Assembly (NCBI GenBank): GCA_963693365.1
Contig: CAVNZM010000015.1
Location: forward strand, 1,302,001 to 1,366,000
Source of the DNA: Amoebidium appalachense
Taxonomy: Eukaryota; Protista; Ichthyosporea
Direction: 5' to 3'
DNA length: 64,000 nt
In this document: positions 15,490-53,532 of the stretch, piece after piece
Numbering within the stretch: position 1 is the stretch's first letter
How the letters are laid out: each line of letters begins with the position of its first letter
Notes under the pieces: generated by a model
Database searches by the model: none
What the model was told of the DNA's origin: nothing
What the model saw: the letters and a program-made list of their open reading frames with translations, nothing else
Position numbers and translations under genes: made by a program

Positions 15490-15563
15490 CTTTTCAGATA
15501 GGACTTGGACCGAAAACCATTAACGTGACACGTTAATGCTCTAACCAATTGATCTACTTACAC
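15490..15563 (-). pseudogene. trnD-GUC: tRNA-Asp(GTC)-like, acceptor stem degenerate
   Basis: TA GATC AATTGGTTA GAGC A TTAAC GT-GTC-AC GTTAA TGGTT TTCGG TCCAAGT CCTAT. Perfect anticodon stem; acceptor and T stems eroded. Confidence 0.7.
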
Positions 15564-15992
15564 TATTCTTAATTAACATCGTACTAGATTCCTTACTCCA
15601 TATATAGTTAGTGTAGTTTGGTTTTGATTGCATGTTCTGATTTGGTCAGATTTTGAAGCATTTGATTGGTTACTTCAGTCTGGCTTCAAATTCCAAATGC
15701 ATCGTGGGAACGGGTATAAAAGGGAGTACATGTCGTTTGGATTTCAGTCTTTGGTTTTCGTCTTAGCTTTTGTGTGAGTAGCTGGCATCAGAGGCAAAGG
15801 GATTTGTAGAGTTAGTTGGTTGAACTAAGTTTGGTGGTGCTAGTGTAAAAGCGCACAAACTAGTTGCCTTAGCTAGCTGTCCTTTTTCCTGTTGATTTAC
15901 CCGCCCTCCCAGCCCTGTTGTGGGGATAGATCAAGGGGTGTCCTTGGCCATTGCGCGTTAGTTTAGGGACACTGTTTCCTTCTTTAGGGTAG

Positions 15993-16032
<40 letters not shown>

Positions 16033-16033
16033 A

Positions 16034-16086
<53 letters not shown>

Positions 16087-16899
16087 GCACACACACACAC
16101 AGTACGTGCACTAACATGCACGCACACACACCATAGTTTTCATGGTTCGCTAGATGTCAATTAACTGTTATTCGTACATACTCTTTTAGAGTATTTAGTT
16201 TTATTCAAAAAAATAAACTCCCGTACTTGCTTCTGATTTCATGTCCATGAGTCTCGATGAGCCACGACGGTAGCGAGAAATGGTCTTGCCTCCAGCACGT
16301 GTTTTCCCCGTGTTTTTGTTTTATCAGGAACTCACGGACCTAGCTTGGATCGTTTCTAGTTGCTTTTATCTTGTGGTATGTTCTTTATCGGCTCTGGCAT
16401 GCATCCGACGCCAGAAGTAGTTTCCTATTGGTCGTTAGTGGATTTAGATGTTTGATATCTAACGTAGCGCGAGTTCGAGTTCGTATCAACGAGTAAATAT
16501 ATTTGTAGTTAGATTTCAGTAATGAAATTAATATAAATATATGTACGAGTTGTACAAGTGAGAGATAAATAATAGTTTATTATTTCTGAGCTGTCTTATT
16601 ATTTTTCATGTTGTGAGAGAGTTGTTTTAGCTGAATAGCGTGGTTTCTATTTTTAACGTCTGGTATGTACACGGATGCCAAAGCTAGTTTGTGATTGGCT
16701 GTCGTGTCAAGATGTCATAGACGTTGAACCGTGCCCTGCAGAGAAAAAGGTCGTCGTCGTCGAGTAATGAATTCAGTTGTTGTTTGCTATGAATCGTGTT
16801 ACAACTCCGTCTACAGTCTCTCATGTGTGTTCCTCTGTTGTGTTCCGTCACAACAACACTGTGCACTCTGTTAGGTACCGCTCAGTCACATAGTATTCT

Positions 16900-17150
<251 letters not shown>

Positions 17151-18318
17151 CCACCACCACCACCGTGACCACTCTCCCCTTCCCCCCCCCCCCCCCCATC
17201 GCCCTCCCCCTCCCCTCCCCCCTCCCCCCAACCCCCCAACCCCCCTCCCCCCCCCCCCCCCCCCCCCCCCCCCCCTTCCCCTTTTCTCTTTTTTTGTGAA
17301 AAGAAAATAATCAAAACGCGCCACGTGCCGCACACCTGTCAAGGCTACTAGAGTACAACTGTGCCCTGCGCATCATCACCGTACGCGTCTGGCTGTCGCG
17401 GAGTCAGGACACACTATTGTACACATGCAGAAGAATGGCTGCTGCTAACTAACTCATGATATGGGCATCCTCGTGAGCCCGTCAACAGAGCCTTCAAAAG
17501 TTTGTATATGTAGGTGCTAGACTAAGTTTTGCAGCTCAAGTCAAGCTTGCAGAACGAGTTTGGGAGGCTATGTACCGAGTCAGTGTGTTTGCCGTTCAGT
17601 TGAGGTACATGTGAGCATCGGATTACGAAGGGCTGGACTGTAGTGTTGGGGCCGTTCGGCGGAACACAGCTTTATCCTCTGGTATACGATCGCGTCACTT
17701 CGCGCGGACGCCTGCCAGTCATAAGTGCCGCCAAACAAACAACGCACAGTATACGACGGCACACATGCCCTTTCATATGGACGTTGTCAGAAGCGTTTCG
17801 AATTGAAGGAAGTCATTGCCTTTTCAACGGCCAGAAATATATACAATGAACAATGTTGGGCTTTATTTCATTTCAGTACAGACAGAGTCAGAAGAGAAGT
17901 TGTCTATTTCGAGCTCCCAGCCTCTCCCGACCTGCGCAGGAATTCCGGAACTTCGGAAGGTTGTTTCGTAGGCACTGCACATGCATTCGAGTAACAGCCG
18001 AGCAAGCTCAGTTTGTAACGATGTTACATACGCAGGAAAGCACGTTTTCTGTCGTTAAAACATATGTTTTCTAAAAGCTTATGAAGTACTATATTGTTTT
18101 GTGGAAACTATAGTCCTGCAGGCAGCGCCGTGGCCGTTTACTGGCTTTCAAAGCTGGATTCCTGCGTTCAGAAAGGTGAAAATACCAACCTTTTATGGCT
18201 AGCCACCTGCCATATATAGCGCATGGATAAAACGGACAATTTTGATTGGAGAACATCAACAGATTTTTACCCCATGGTATGGCTAATCCACAGTTAAGAT
18301 TATTGCAGTGTGTATGTA

Positions 18319-18410
18319 CCCCCCCATACCTGAGACCCCCCCCCCATACCTGAGACCCCCCCATACCTGAGACTGGTTCTCTTTGCCTCGAGTAAACAGC
18401 GTAAACCCCC
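18319..18410 (-). mobile_element. Short 5'-truncated retro-type insertion with tandem tail (TCTCAGGTATG-Gn)x3 and 7-bp TSD
   Basis: GTATGTA flanks both ends (18312-18318, 18411-18417). Absent from the homologous upstream region of paralogue 2. Same core sequence at 62731-62789. Confidence 0.75.
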
Positions 18411-18746
18411 GTATGTATTTGTATGTTTTGCGGTGCATGTGCAGCACAAATTACCCATAGCACTCGTTTCAAAGTTGAATAGTCTACCCAAAAACACGTT
18501 ATAATCCGAAACTTCGAATTTAGGACACAGACGCCCAATTGTAAACATCGAAGCAAGTGGCTTCATTACTGACACAGAGTTGGAAGAAAGTTATAAACCA
18601 AACAATCGTATTTGTGGACAATGAGTATCGAAACTCATTACCGCAAACGAAGGCATTCATGCGACCGTTCAGATCGCAATTCAAAGTAAGGTCGACGTCC
18701 CACGCACCTTCTCAAAGGTTTCCTATCACTAGTACTTGTTCGCACG

Positions 18747-19912
18747 ATGCTTCCGCGTCTTCTGGCGTTTTTCGCCGCCGTGCTTGCGTGCACACAGACC
18801 GCGTCAGCGACCACATGCACAGAGCAAGCACCCCTGGGCGGACTGTGCGGCCCAGTGCACGTCCACGCCCAAGATGTGCTTCGGCATCTGCGGCTTCAAC
18901 GTGGCTGGCTTGCAGGCCCCCGCGACAAGAACTTCAAGTTCACCCGCCCCCAGGCCGCAGCAGTCAAGCAGTGCACCTCCACCGCGTGCAACAGCAAGAA
19001 AAAGCCCAAAGCCTACTATGGCAAGAAAGCGCCTATTTACCGCCCCGCCCGCCGTAAGTCCTACTATGCGGAGCCGCGGGCCTGGTATGATGCAACTGCC
19101 AAGCAGTTTGGGGAGGGCATTGCAGCTATCATTGGCACCATAGGCGAGGCAATAGCGGGCGGGGCTGAGGCCGGGGCGGCGGCGGCAGGGGGGGCCGAGA
19201 TTGCCGGTGAAGTCGGTGGCATTGCCGAGGGCGGGGCAGAGGGCTTCGCAGATTCTGCAGAGGGTTTGCGTCCAAACCAAGGTGGCCTACAATACGGTGG
19301 ATCTGAGTCAGCTGCCAGGGACATCCAAGAAGCCACGATGGAGGAATTGGCGCGGGGTGGCAGCCCCCAGGAGATATCACGGCGCTTAGCAAACCGCTTG
19401 GCTGGGGAGATTGCGTTCGACATCCGGAAGTGGAACGACCCCCCGAAACGGGAGCGGAATCCGCGGGAAGGTATGAGCCCACTGATATCCAATCGGTCGT
19501 GGAGGGAGCAATGGCTCAAGGCGGGTCACTCCCAGAAATAGCGCAGCGTATAACGCAAGAGCTAGCAAACCGCTTGCAACTGGGGAGATTGCGTTCGACA
19601 TCCCGGGCCTGGAAGAGCCGGAAGTGGAACGACCCCCCGAAACGGGAGCGGAATCCGCGGGAAGGTATGAGCCCACTGATATCCAATCGGTCGTGGAGGG
19701 AGCAATGGATCAAGGAGGGTCGAGTCTCCCAGAAATTGTGCAGCGTATAACGCAAGAGCTGGGCGCGATGGCCGAAGTCTTGGCGCCAAAGCCTAACAGC
19801 GGTGGAAAAAGCTTCGCCTGGGGCGAGGTGCATGGATTTGGGAAATACAGGCCCCGGCCCCATTACTCCAGACAACGCTTACCCTTTTCCCTATGGCATT
19901 GGCCCTGTTCCC

Positions 19913-19947
<35 letters not shown>

Positions 19948-20165
19948 ACTCCATTGTTCCCTACACCATGGCGTTCATGGCCCGGGGCCCATCGAGAGAA
20001 CCTCGGGAGTCATAGATGATGAATTTCCGTACGTCGAGCCAATGATAGGAGCATTGAATTCCTCCAAAGGCGCGCTATGGTGATCATGACTCCGGGGCGA
20101 CGACAGAACCGCCGCATTCGCAAGAACCGCAATTATCTGCGCAAGAATATGAGGATGAGTGGTAG
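18747..20165 (+). pseudogene. Secreted Cys-rich precursor-like gene, paralogue 3, frameshifted
   Basis: 20-nt deletion after TTC and a +2 insertion near 18917 (net in-frame); further frameshifts near 19425 and 19578; internal ~190 bp duplication; C32 expansion 19914-19945; ends ...YEDEW* at 20165. Confidence 0.85.
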
Positions 20166-20959
20166 GGCCCTGAGCGTCGGGTTAAGAGAATCTTAACTGT
20201 ATAACTGAATATATATATATTGTAGATATACCGGAGGTCTTTATAGGTGCACCCTCGGTTGAGATTCAAATATTCGAATACTGTGCTCCGCTCTGAAATT
20301 TAACACTAGGGTAGCGGGACACAGCAGTTGTACACATATTTATGAGTTGCAACTAATAGACCTTTCATGTACGGTAATGTTCTTCGGCTTAATGGTGGTG
20401 GGTTTGTATATCATGGCCCGGATGCTTGGAAGAGCTATACGCATGAGTGCCAAAACCTCCAATAATTATGATGATTTTGGTAGTAGATTTAATAAAACCA
20501 TATCGCCCTATGGTGGTCGAGTCACAGCATATGCACATGAACACGCACACTGTACACCGTCCTTGGCACACACACACACGCATACCACACACACACGCAC
20601 ACACACACGCACACACGCACACACGCACACACGCACACACACACGCTCGCACACGCACAGTGATCACACACACGCACACGCACGCGCACGCACACACAAA
20701 CACATGCACACACACAATATCCTATGTGTGTTGTGGAAGGGCCTGATCGGCCTACGTCCACACATTTTGGTTGGGGGGAGGGGGGGGGGGGAGGGGGGAA
20801 GGAAGAGGGGGGGAGAGGGGGGGGGTGGGGTGGGGGGGGGGGGGGGGGGGGGGGGGGCACACGGAATCCACATCCACCCCTGCGCACACAACACAGCACA
20901 TACCGGCCCCCACCCACACCGCACATACAAACACAAACACAAACACAAACACAAACACA

Positions 20960-20993
<34 letters not shown>

Positions 20994-21133
20994 ACACACA
21001 CGATTTCACACGATTTCACACGAACATGCAGCTTTGCATAAACACAACCACCGTTTTGGCAAGCCCCACGCAACCGCGCGCACCCAAACACACATACACA
21101 TCCTCCCACGTACTTACAACCTTGCACACCGTT

Positions 21134-21203
<70 letters not shown>

Positions 21204-21258
21204 TCACACACACATACTGCGGAAGGCTGCATGCTGTGTCACTCATGTGCGCACGCTG

Positions 21259-21316
<58 letters not shown>

Positions 21317-21372
21317 AAGACACAGACAGACACAGACACAGATACGCACACACAGGTACAGGTACACTCACA

Positions 21373-21417
<45 letters not shown>

Positions 21418-22167
21418 AAGACACAGACAGACACAGGCACAGATACGCACACACAGGTACAGGTACACTCACACTCACACACACACACACACACACACAC
21501 CCTCGCGCGCGCACACACACACAGTGACACAGTTACACACACACTTGCACTTATACATTTTTTCTATTTCTTTTTGAGATCATACCGGCAGCCTTTCATC
21601 ACCTCAGAAACTTTTCGTGCAGCTATCCTCTAAAGTTAACATCTGGCTTGTCTAGATGATTACCAGACAGTTGATCAGAATTTTTTACTTGTTTCCCCAA
21701 TACAGCCAAGAAAAACGTAACATAGATATGCAAGTTTATTTAAGATACCCATTAAACCGCATATTTCACGTTCTGCGAAACCATCCCCGTAATCAAGCAT
21801 CTGTTATCCCGTTTACCTTAGAGAATTCTCGGGACAAGTACTTGTATTATAGTGGGCCACTCCTTTGATTATCCTTAATCTGGCAAGGTCTTAAAATGGG
21901 TTCCGGATCCGGATCTGAAAAGATGTGGGCAAAACCAACGTAGCATATCACACCGTGAAATGCAAACATAGACCGTAAGTGTTGCTACATTACAACGACA
22001 CAGAATCCTTTTCCACGCTCAGATACGAGTTTAAGACTAAAATCTTTCTCGAAGACCATCCAAAACACTGAAATAATATAGACTGCCGCAGCCAAACTCC
22101 ACACGATGAACTAACAGTGAAAAAAGAGAGAGCAAAATGTATACACCAACATTTACTTTCGTTGGAG

Positions 22168-22203
<36 letters not shown>

Positions 22204-22492
22204 CCCCGGGGACCCACCCATCCACCCACCCTTCGCCAGCTCTCCCATCCCAGAAAGGTCCTACCCAATAATGGAGCACGGTTTTCAGTAGTAGAGACGG
22301 AAATTATGACTTCCAAGGAAAGATTGGGCAAAGAAGGGAAAAGGTGTTCAGGCGTCTAAAACGAAAAACCGAAAATGAAACAGCGAAAAAAAAGAAAATC
22401 GAAAATCCAAATCGCGAAGATGTTAAGATAGAGACAAAAAAAATGGGAAAATGGCCACAAGCGCAAACATGCGCACATCTTGCCTTAACTAA

Positions 22493-41179
<18,687 letters not shown>

Positions 41180-41456
41180 GAATTTCCCGTGAAGATTCTT
41201 AAAGTTCCTCCCATAAATGTGTTTTGCCGGTGCAAGTACCTGCTTGCGATGGGGAAAAAAAAAAAGGAAGATTTGTAAGCACGAGAGGGTTTGGAAGCAA
41301 TAGCAACGCTTTCCAACATACACACACACCAAAATGAATGGAGAGAGAAACAGACACATACTCACATTTTCAAGCACACACATGCTCATACACACACATG
41401 CAAAAGTGTGCTCACAGGTTCGTTCAGATTGGCACTTCCACATAAGAGAACACACA

Positions 41457-41492
<36 letters not shown>

Positions 41493-41788
41493 CACACACA
41501 TACACACTCTCACTCACACGCACTCCCAGACACAAACTCGCTCACACGCTCCCCCCACCACCACACACACATACACACGCACACACACACACATACCCAA
41601 CACACTTGCTCCCTCCCTCATGCTCACACACGCGCACACAGAAACACCCACAAACACACACACATTCACTCACTCACTCACTCACTCACTCACTCACACA
41701 TACAAAAGCACACCCACACAGGCACACACACAGGCACACACGTATACATGCATGCACGCACGCGTGCGCGCGCACACACGCGCACGCG

Positions 41789-41828
<40 letters not shown>

Positions 41829-42056
41829 TGCACGCACATACACGCAGGCGCGGGCGCACACACACACTCACACTCACACACACATACACGCACACACACA
41901 CAAACACGCACAATCGACAAACACAGAATCTTAAACAAGACATATATGCACACGCACACCTACAGACACACAGGCAAGTACGCACGCAAACAGCAATGCA
42001 CTGCATACCCAAACAATCACATCCCCCCCCTCCCCCCCCTCCTCCCCCCCCCCCTC

Positions 42057-42091
<35 letters not shown>

Positions 42092-42321
42092 GGACACCCA
42101 GACAAACAGGCAAAAACTCACACAGACACACAGACACAAACACGCAGACATACATACAGACAGAGAGAGAGACACAGAGACACAGACACACAGACATACA
42201 CACACACCCACACACACACACTAACACACACACGTGCACACAACAGGCACAAGCACAGCATAAGCATGCACAGAAGCGCCAGACCAATTCACCACAAACT
42301 CACCATGCACATCAAAAAAAG

Positions 42322-42421
<100 letters not shown>

Positions 42422-42508
42422 GCACACGCACACACGCACACGCACACGCACACACGCACGCACATGCACACACACGCACACACACACACGTGTACACACG
42501 ACACTTAC

Positions 42509-42780
42509 CAGCTATTCCTACTATCTATCTGATGTATAAAGCCATAAACATGTAGTAGCCAAACCGAGCAAACACACGATACATCGGCGTCCGGCTGTCC
42601 GTGATATATCAGCTCTTCGTGCTGGTCAACGTCCCTAGATAACCTCTACAGCCCTTTCATTATTATTATCTGATTGCTTGTTTTCTCAAAAGTTTGTATT
42701 GGCGTTTCCAAAAATATGTGTCAAACAATACCAAACACACGCAAACACTATTTACAGGCAGTGATAATGTTTTTGGTTTT
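42509..42780 (-). other. Probable 5' UTR exon of ATAD5
   Basis: Strong donor CTG|gtaagt at 42509/42508, acceptor at 41240/41239, lies just downstream of the promoter motifs. 5' boundary unknown. Confidence 0.5.
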
Positions 42781-42818
42781 CTGGCCTGGCCCGCCGGGGA
42801 GGTTACGTCCTGAAGCAG

Positions 42819-42892
42819 TTCGCGCCAAAACTGACCGGAACGCTGGCTGATTGGCTCTATTGTAATCCAATCATGTATCGGCAGTGACGTCA
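42819..42892 (-). promoter_or_regulatory. ATAD5 promoter: E2F site, two CCAAT boxes, CRE
   Basis: TTTTGGCGCGAA on minus (42819-42830); GATTGG 42849-42854; CCAATC 42867-42872; TGACGTCA 42885-42892. Confidence 0.65.
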
Positions 42893-43749
42893 GTTGTGGA
42901 ATGCCAGCTTGAAGCCTTGCCGTTTAGCACGGCCCTCTGAAAGCCAGCCCCAGCCTCAGAAAAGAAAAACTTGAATAAAAAGAAAAGAAAAAAAAATGGA
43001 TTTAACAGCATTTGAAGTTATATATCCACCAGAATACGTATCCATGGCTAAGGTACCACGGCATATGCCGCTTGAAGTCAACACACTGTGGGTCATATAA
43101 TATGTAATACATCTGCAATCCTTTCTGACTCCTCCACCCCTCCTCCCACCCCCCTCCCCCGGCCCCCGCCCCCTCCCGGCCCCCTCCCCGCTGCCCCCCC
43201 CCCCCCCCCCCCCCCCCGCCCGCCCCCCCCCCCACACACACACACACACACACGTGTACACACACACGTCGCCTTCGTTACCTCCGCTGTCGGAGCACAG
43301 CTGAAGCGCCTGGCGTTGTTGCGGATAGAAGAATGTCTTTCCAAGATCGTTAAGTTCGCACTTTTTTTTTCTCCCTTGGTCGTGCGCGTGTGTATACGCT
43401 TGGTGGTGGTGGTAACAGTGGTGGAATATCTGTGTGCGTTTTTTTTTTTTTTTTTTTGTGCGTGTGCGTGTGTGGGTGGGTGGGTGTGGGGGGGGGCGGG
43501 GGGGGGGGGGGGGGGGGGCTCTGTTTTTGACGGTGTGATCGTGTTTTGAGTTTCAGAATGTGTGTAAATTGGTGCTCCCCGACCAGAAAAGGAGATGACA
43601 AGCCAACTAGTGGCACAAGTACCGTAGATTGAGCTATGCACAACTGCTTGTTCACAGGTTCTCAGGTCGAAAGCCAAGAACATAGCACATGTCAAAGTGA
43701 CGGCCACTGAATTATGCAAAATATCCATCCCCCCTCCCCCTCCCCCCCC

Positions 43750-44174
<425 letters not shown>

Positions 44175-44471
44175 CCCACCCACGGCCCACCCCTACCCTT
44201 CGTTCTCCCATCCCCATCGATCTCCGCCGGTTGACTTCGGCATGGGAAACGCCTGGATGAAATGGGCCAACGAATTCATGCCCTGGTGTTTGGTGCTTGC
44301 CAAAGGTCGTGTTTAAGCCACACCAGTGCTGACGTTGTGAGAAAGGAGGGGACTAAGGGGAAAAGAAAAGGGGAAGCAAAAGTCTGATGTTCGGCGCGGC
44401 AGTGTTTGTTGGTGCACCGCTCCCCCTATACTCATTCTTATAATTGATTGGATTGTCGCGCATCAAGGTTT

Positions 44472-44734
44472 ATCCCCCAACACCCTATTCGATGGTGGGG
44501 CGTTTCTGAAGTGGCTTGTTTTCACCTCATTGATGTCTGATCAAAAACTACTATAAGAATATCAAAACCCAGACTTAAAACGCTTTGCTAAATGAAACAA
44601 ATTCTAAAATTACTATATAAACATAAATGTTTAATTGTGGTGAATTATCTTGATTGTTTTTGGCTTTTGAAAATTCTACTCGAGAAAAAGTAGCCAAGAA
44701 TAGACACGCCCCACATACCAGAGGGTTGAGGGAT
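44472..44734. mobile_element. Possible old MITE with decayed ~50 bp inverted ends
   Basis: ATCCCCCAAC...GTGGGGCGTTTCT...TGGCT versus the reverse complement of AGCCA...AGACACGCCCCAC...GTTGAGGGAT; AT-rich core. Confidence 0.35.
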
Positions 44735-45129
44735 CCCTGAGGCTTTTGAAGCACCCAAACACAACTGAAACACCTCAGGTGCTTTCATGGTTGCTTACTG
44801 ATCGATGGTTGAAAGGAATCGACATGGATAGACTTTATAAATATTACATACACATATCATGAAGTTAATAAGATATCTTTATGGATTTCAGACATCTTCG
44901 CTATGCCTGCATGCTCTTTAGTAAAAGGTGCGAATATTCGTCAACCTTTGTACTAATCGCACGCTTTTACCCAACCACAATCCTAAGTGCAACCGAGTTG
45001 CAGAGAATTTCACCCCAATATACCGCTAACACGAGTAATTCTGTGTTTCTCTCTTGCTATTTTTTGCTTTACGCATGCATCCAAATCGTTCCAATCTATA
45101 CCTCATCCGGTCGCATTGGTCGCCCAGCG

Positions 45130-51273
<6,144 letters not shown>

Positions 51274-51341
51274 CCGCCTCACTTTTTATCTCCACCCCCC
51301 CCCCCTTCTCCCCCCCCCCCCCCCAGCCCTCCCCCCTTCCT

Positions 51342-51405
<64 letters not shown>

Positions 51406-52262
51406 TTGATTTACAGTCTTTGTGCGCTTTCTATGCTTTTTTAATACCGTTTTGTTCCTTGGGGGCCCCCATAGGTGTCCCTTTTTTTGGCTTAGATGCA
51501 TTGGGTACAAGTTGGCCGTCGTTAACATCTACGTCGTGCTCTACTGTATCCAACCCTCTTCACCTTTAATGTTTCCCTTCCCCCCCCCCCCTCCCCCCTC
51601 CCCCCCCCCCCCCCCCCCCCCCCCCCAACACACACACACACACACACCATTCACCCAAACCTCAATCTTTTATGGCTTTGGCGGTTTTTACAAGGTTATA
51701 TGACACCGGGTGTGATGTGCAGCTGCTTGAATTGAAAGGGTCAATAATTTGGCCTAAAAGAAACCTTCTTTAACAGAATTAATTAACGATACCTGCACAG
51801 GCTTACACTTGTCACCTTCATGGTGATGACTGCCCTGTTGTTTTAAATGCAATTACAAGAGTAAGATATGTTTTATGATCCCCCCCCCGCCTCCCTCCCC
51901 GGCCGGGGGCCCATCTTTACACTGAGAATGTACTGTTGTTTGCCTCACAAACTTATGTGTTGGTTATGATATTTCCTAAGGCCATAATCATAAGGTGAAG
52001 GTTATCCTAGTGCCCTATTGGAAAAATGTTCACCGCGAGAATGTAAATTATTTCCGGCTGGTATATTGATCCGTAGTACGTAATAACGGAGTTAACCGTT
52101 ATATGTGCTGCAAACTCAGCAAATGTATTCATATTACGGTGCGCAAGTGAGTGTGTCTGAATGTGTGTGTGTGCGCGCACGCTCGTGTGTACATGTGTGT
52201 GTGTGTGTGTGTGTGTATGTGTGTGTGTGTGTGTGCGCGCGCGCGCGCGCGCGATCGCGCAG

Positions 52263-52879
52263 TGTCGTTGCCGAAACTATTCCTTCCGGCGCAAAGTGTA
52301 CCGTTGATCCCGACGCGACGACAGGTGTTACGATTGTGGTGCTGACGCGTGTACTGTACGGCCTTCAGTTTCAAACGTGAATTTCGGCTACGTCCGCCCG
52401 TCTGTTGCGCAAAAGGGCAGTATCTCCGGACGGATTTTCGAAGACATCAACAGCCTGTAACCTTTTTTGTCCTTATGCAACACATGATGTTTGCCGGACA
52501 TCTCAGTCATCATCTGTTTGTACGTAATAGTACTGTACGTAATAGTACCGTACGCGTGGTAGTACGTGCGTCAGGCCAATACAAACAATATCATTAATTT
52601 ATTATCTGCCAAGCGCGGTAAGCTTACTAAAGCGATTATTGTGATGCAAGAATCGGATTAAGCACAGCAAAAACGCTACTATGGGCCACATAAGCTTGAG
52701 ATTTCTGATGCATTGTGAGTCCTTTTAGTGTATGTACACTGTATACAACACGTAGTGATCATGATGACGGTACACTACTACCAGTGGCGCCATAATACCA
52801 CACGTTGAAAGGCGCTATGGAACTGGTGCACGCGTGGTGGTAGGGGGAGAGGAGATACGGTTGCGGTGGTGGTGGTGAT

Positions 52880-52932
<53 letters not shown>

Positions 52933-53376
52933 TTACGAATATGTTGTCGGCGGAAGCCCACTTACGATTAACGCTTGACCCGTTACGATTCGTTTCAAGC
53001 CGGTACGAATAAGTTCGCGGACCCCAGCCCATGGACCCCAGCATGGCCATGGCATCAACGGGGGGTTTACACACTTTTTATTGCGTGGACATTACCGGAG
53101 GCCCAGCCACATTCGACGGCCTACTGCGTTTTCCAGCACAGCCAATCAAATGCAGCCAGTGACATATGTACATGCTAGGCAACAATGAGCGCCATCGTAG
53201 TATCTGACACCCCTATTACATATTATGGGGATTTGCTTGCGGGAGACGACGAGGGTCTCCCGGGCGTCACCGTGCGATTGGTCAGTGTGTCATCCAATCA
53301 GGTCCTTGCCTCTCTAATCACGAACGATTCCGGTGAATACCAGTTTGTGGGTGGTGGCCCCGAATGGGGTGGTTGA
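52263..53376 (+). pseudogene. Relics of SdrD B-like / Cna-B (prealbumin-like fold) repeats
   Basis: 53185-53376 DEGLPGVTVRLVSVSSNQVLASLITNDSGEYQF resembles the N-half of the repeat. 52263-52391 VVAETIPSGAKCTVDPDATTGVTIVVL, then a frameshift, then SVSNVNFGY resembles the C-half. Recognised by motif recall only. Confidence 0.6.
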
Positions 53377-53532
53377 GCCAGATATGACATTAAGGCCTTA
53401 ATTGCATGGATCCACTGGAAGCCAGCCAGCCAGATCAGGAGGGGGTGGACTTTGGGTATGCATTTTCGGAGCCAGGTGCCTATTAATAGATGTGTGATGC
53501 TAATATTAGATAGGTACCTATTTAATTTATTG

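Larger units (their letters stand above)
14722..16855. mobile_element. Candidate solo-LTR-like insertion (absent from sister duplication units) containing the tRNA cluster
   Basis: TGTTG...CAACA termini with ACAC on both sides (weak evidence in a CA-rich context); CCAAT 15663, TATAAAA 15715, AATAAA 16212. Confidence 0.25.

Noticed and set aside
15783-15794. Primer-binding site of a full LTR retrotransposon
   Set aside because: Imperfect match, not directly after a CA terminus, and no gag-pol or second LTR in the window.
20347-20560. Hydrophobic ORF start downstream of paralogue 3
   Set aside because: The homologous region after paralogue 1 (about 5470-5740) does not keep the frame, and the ORF runs into CA repeats.
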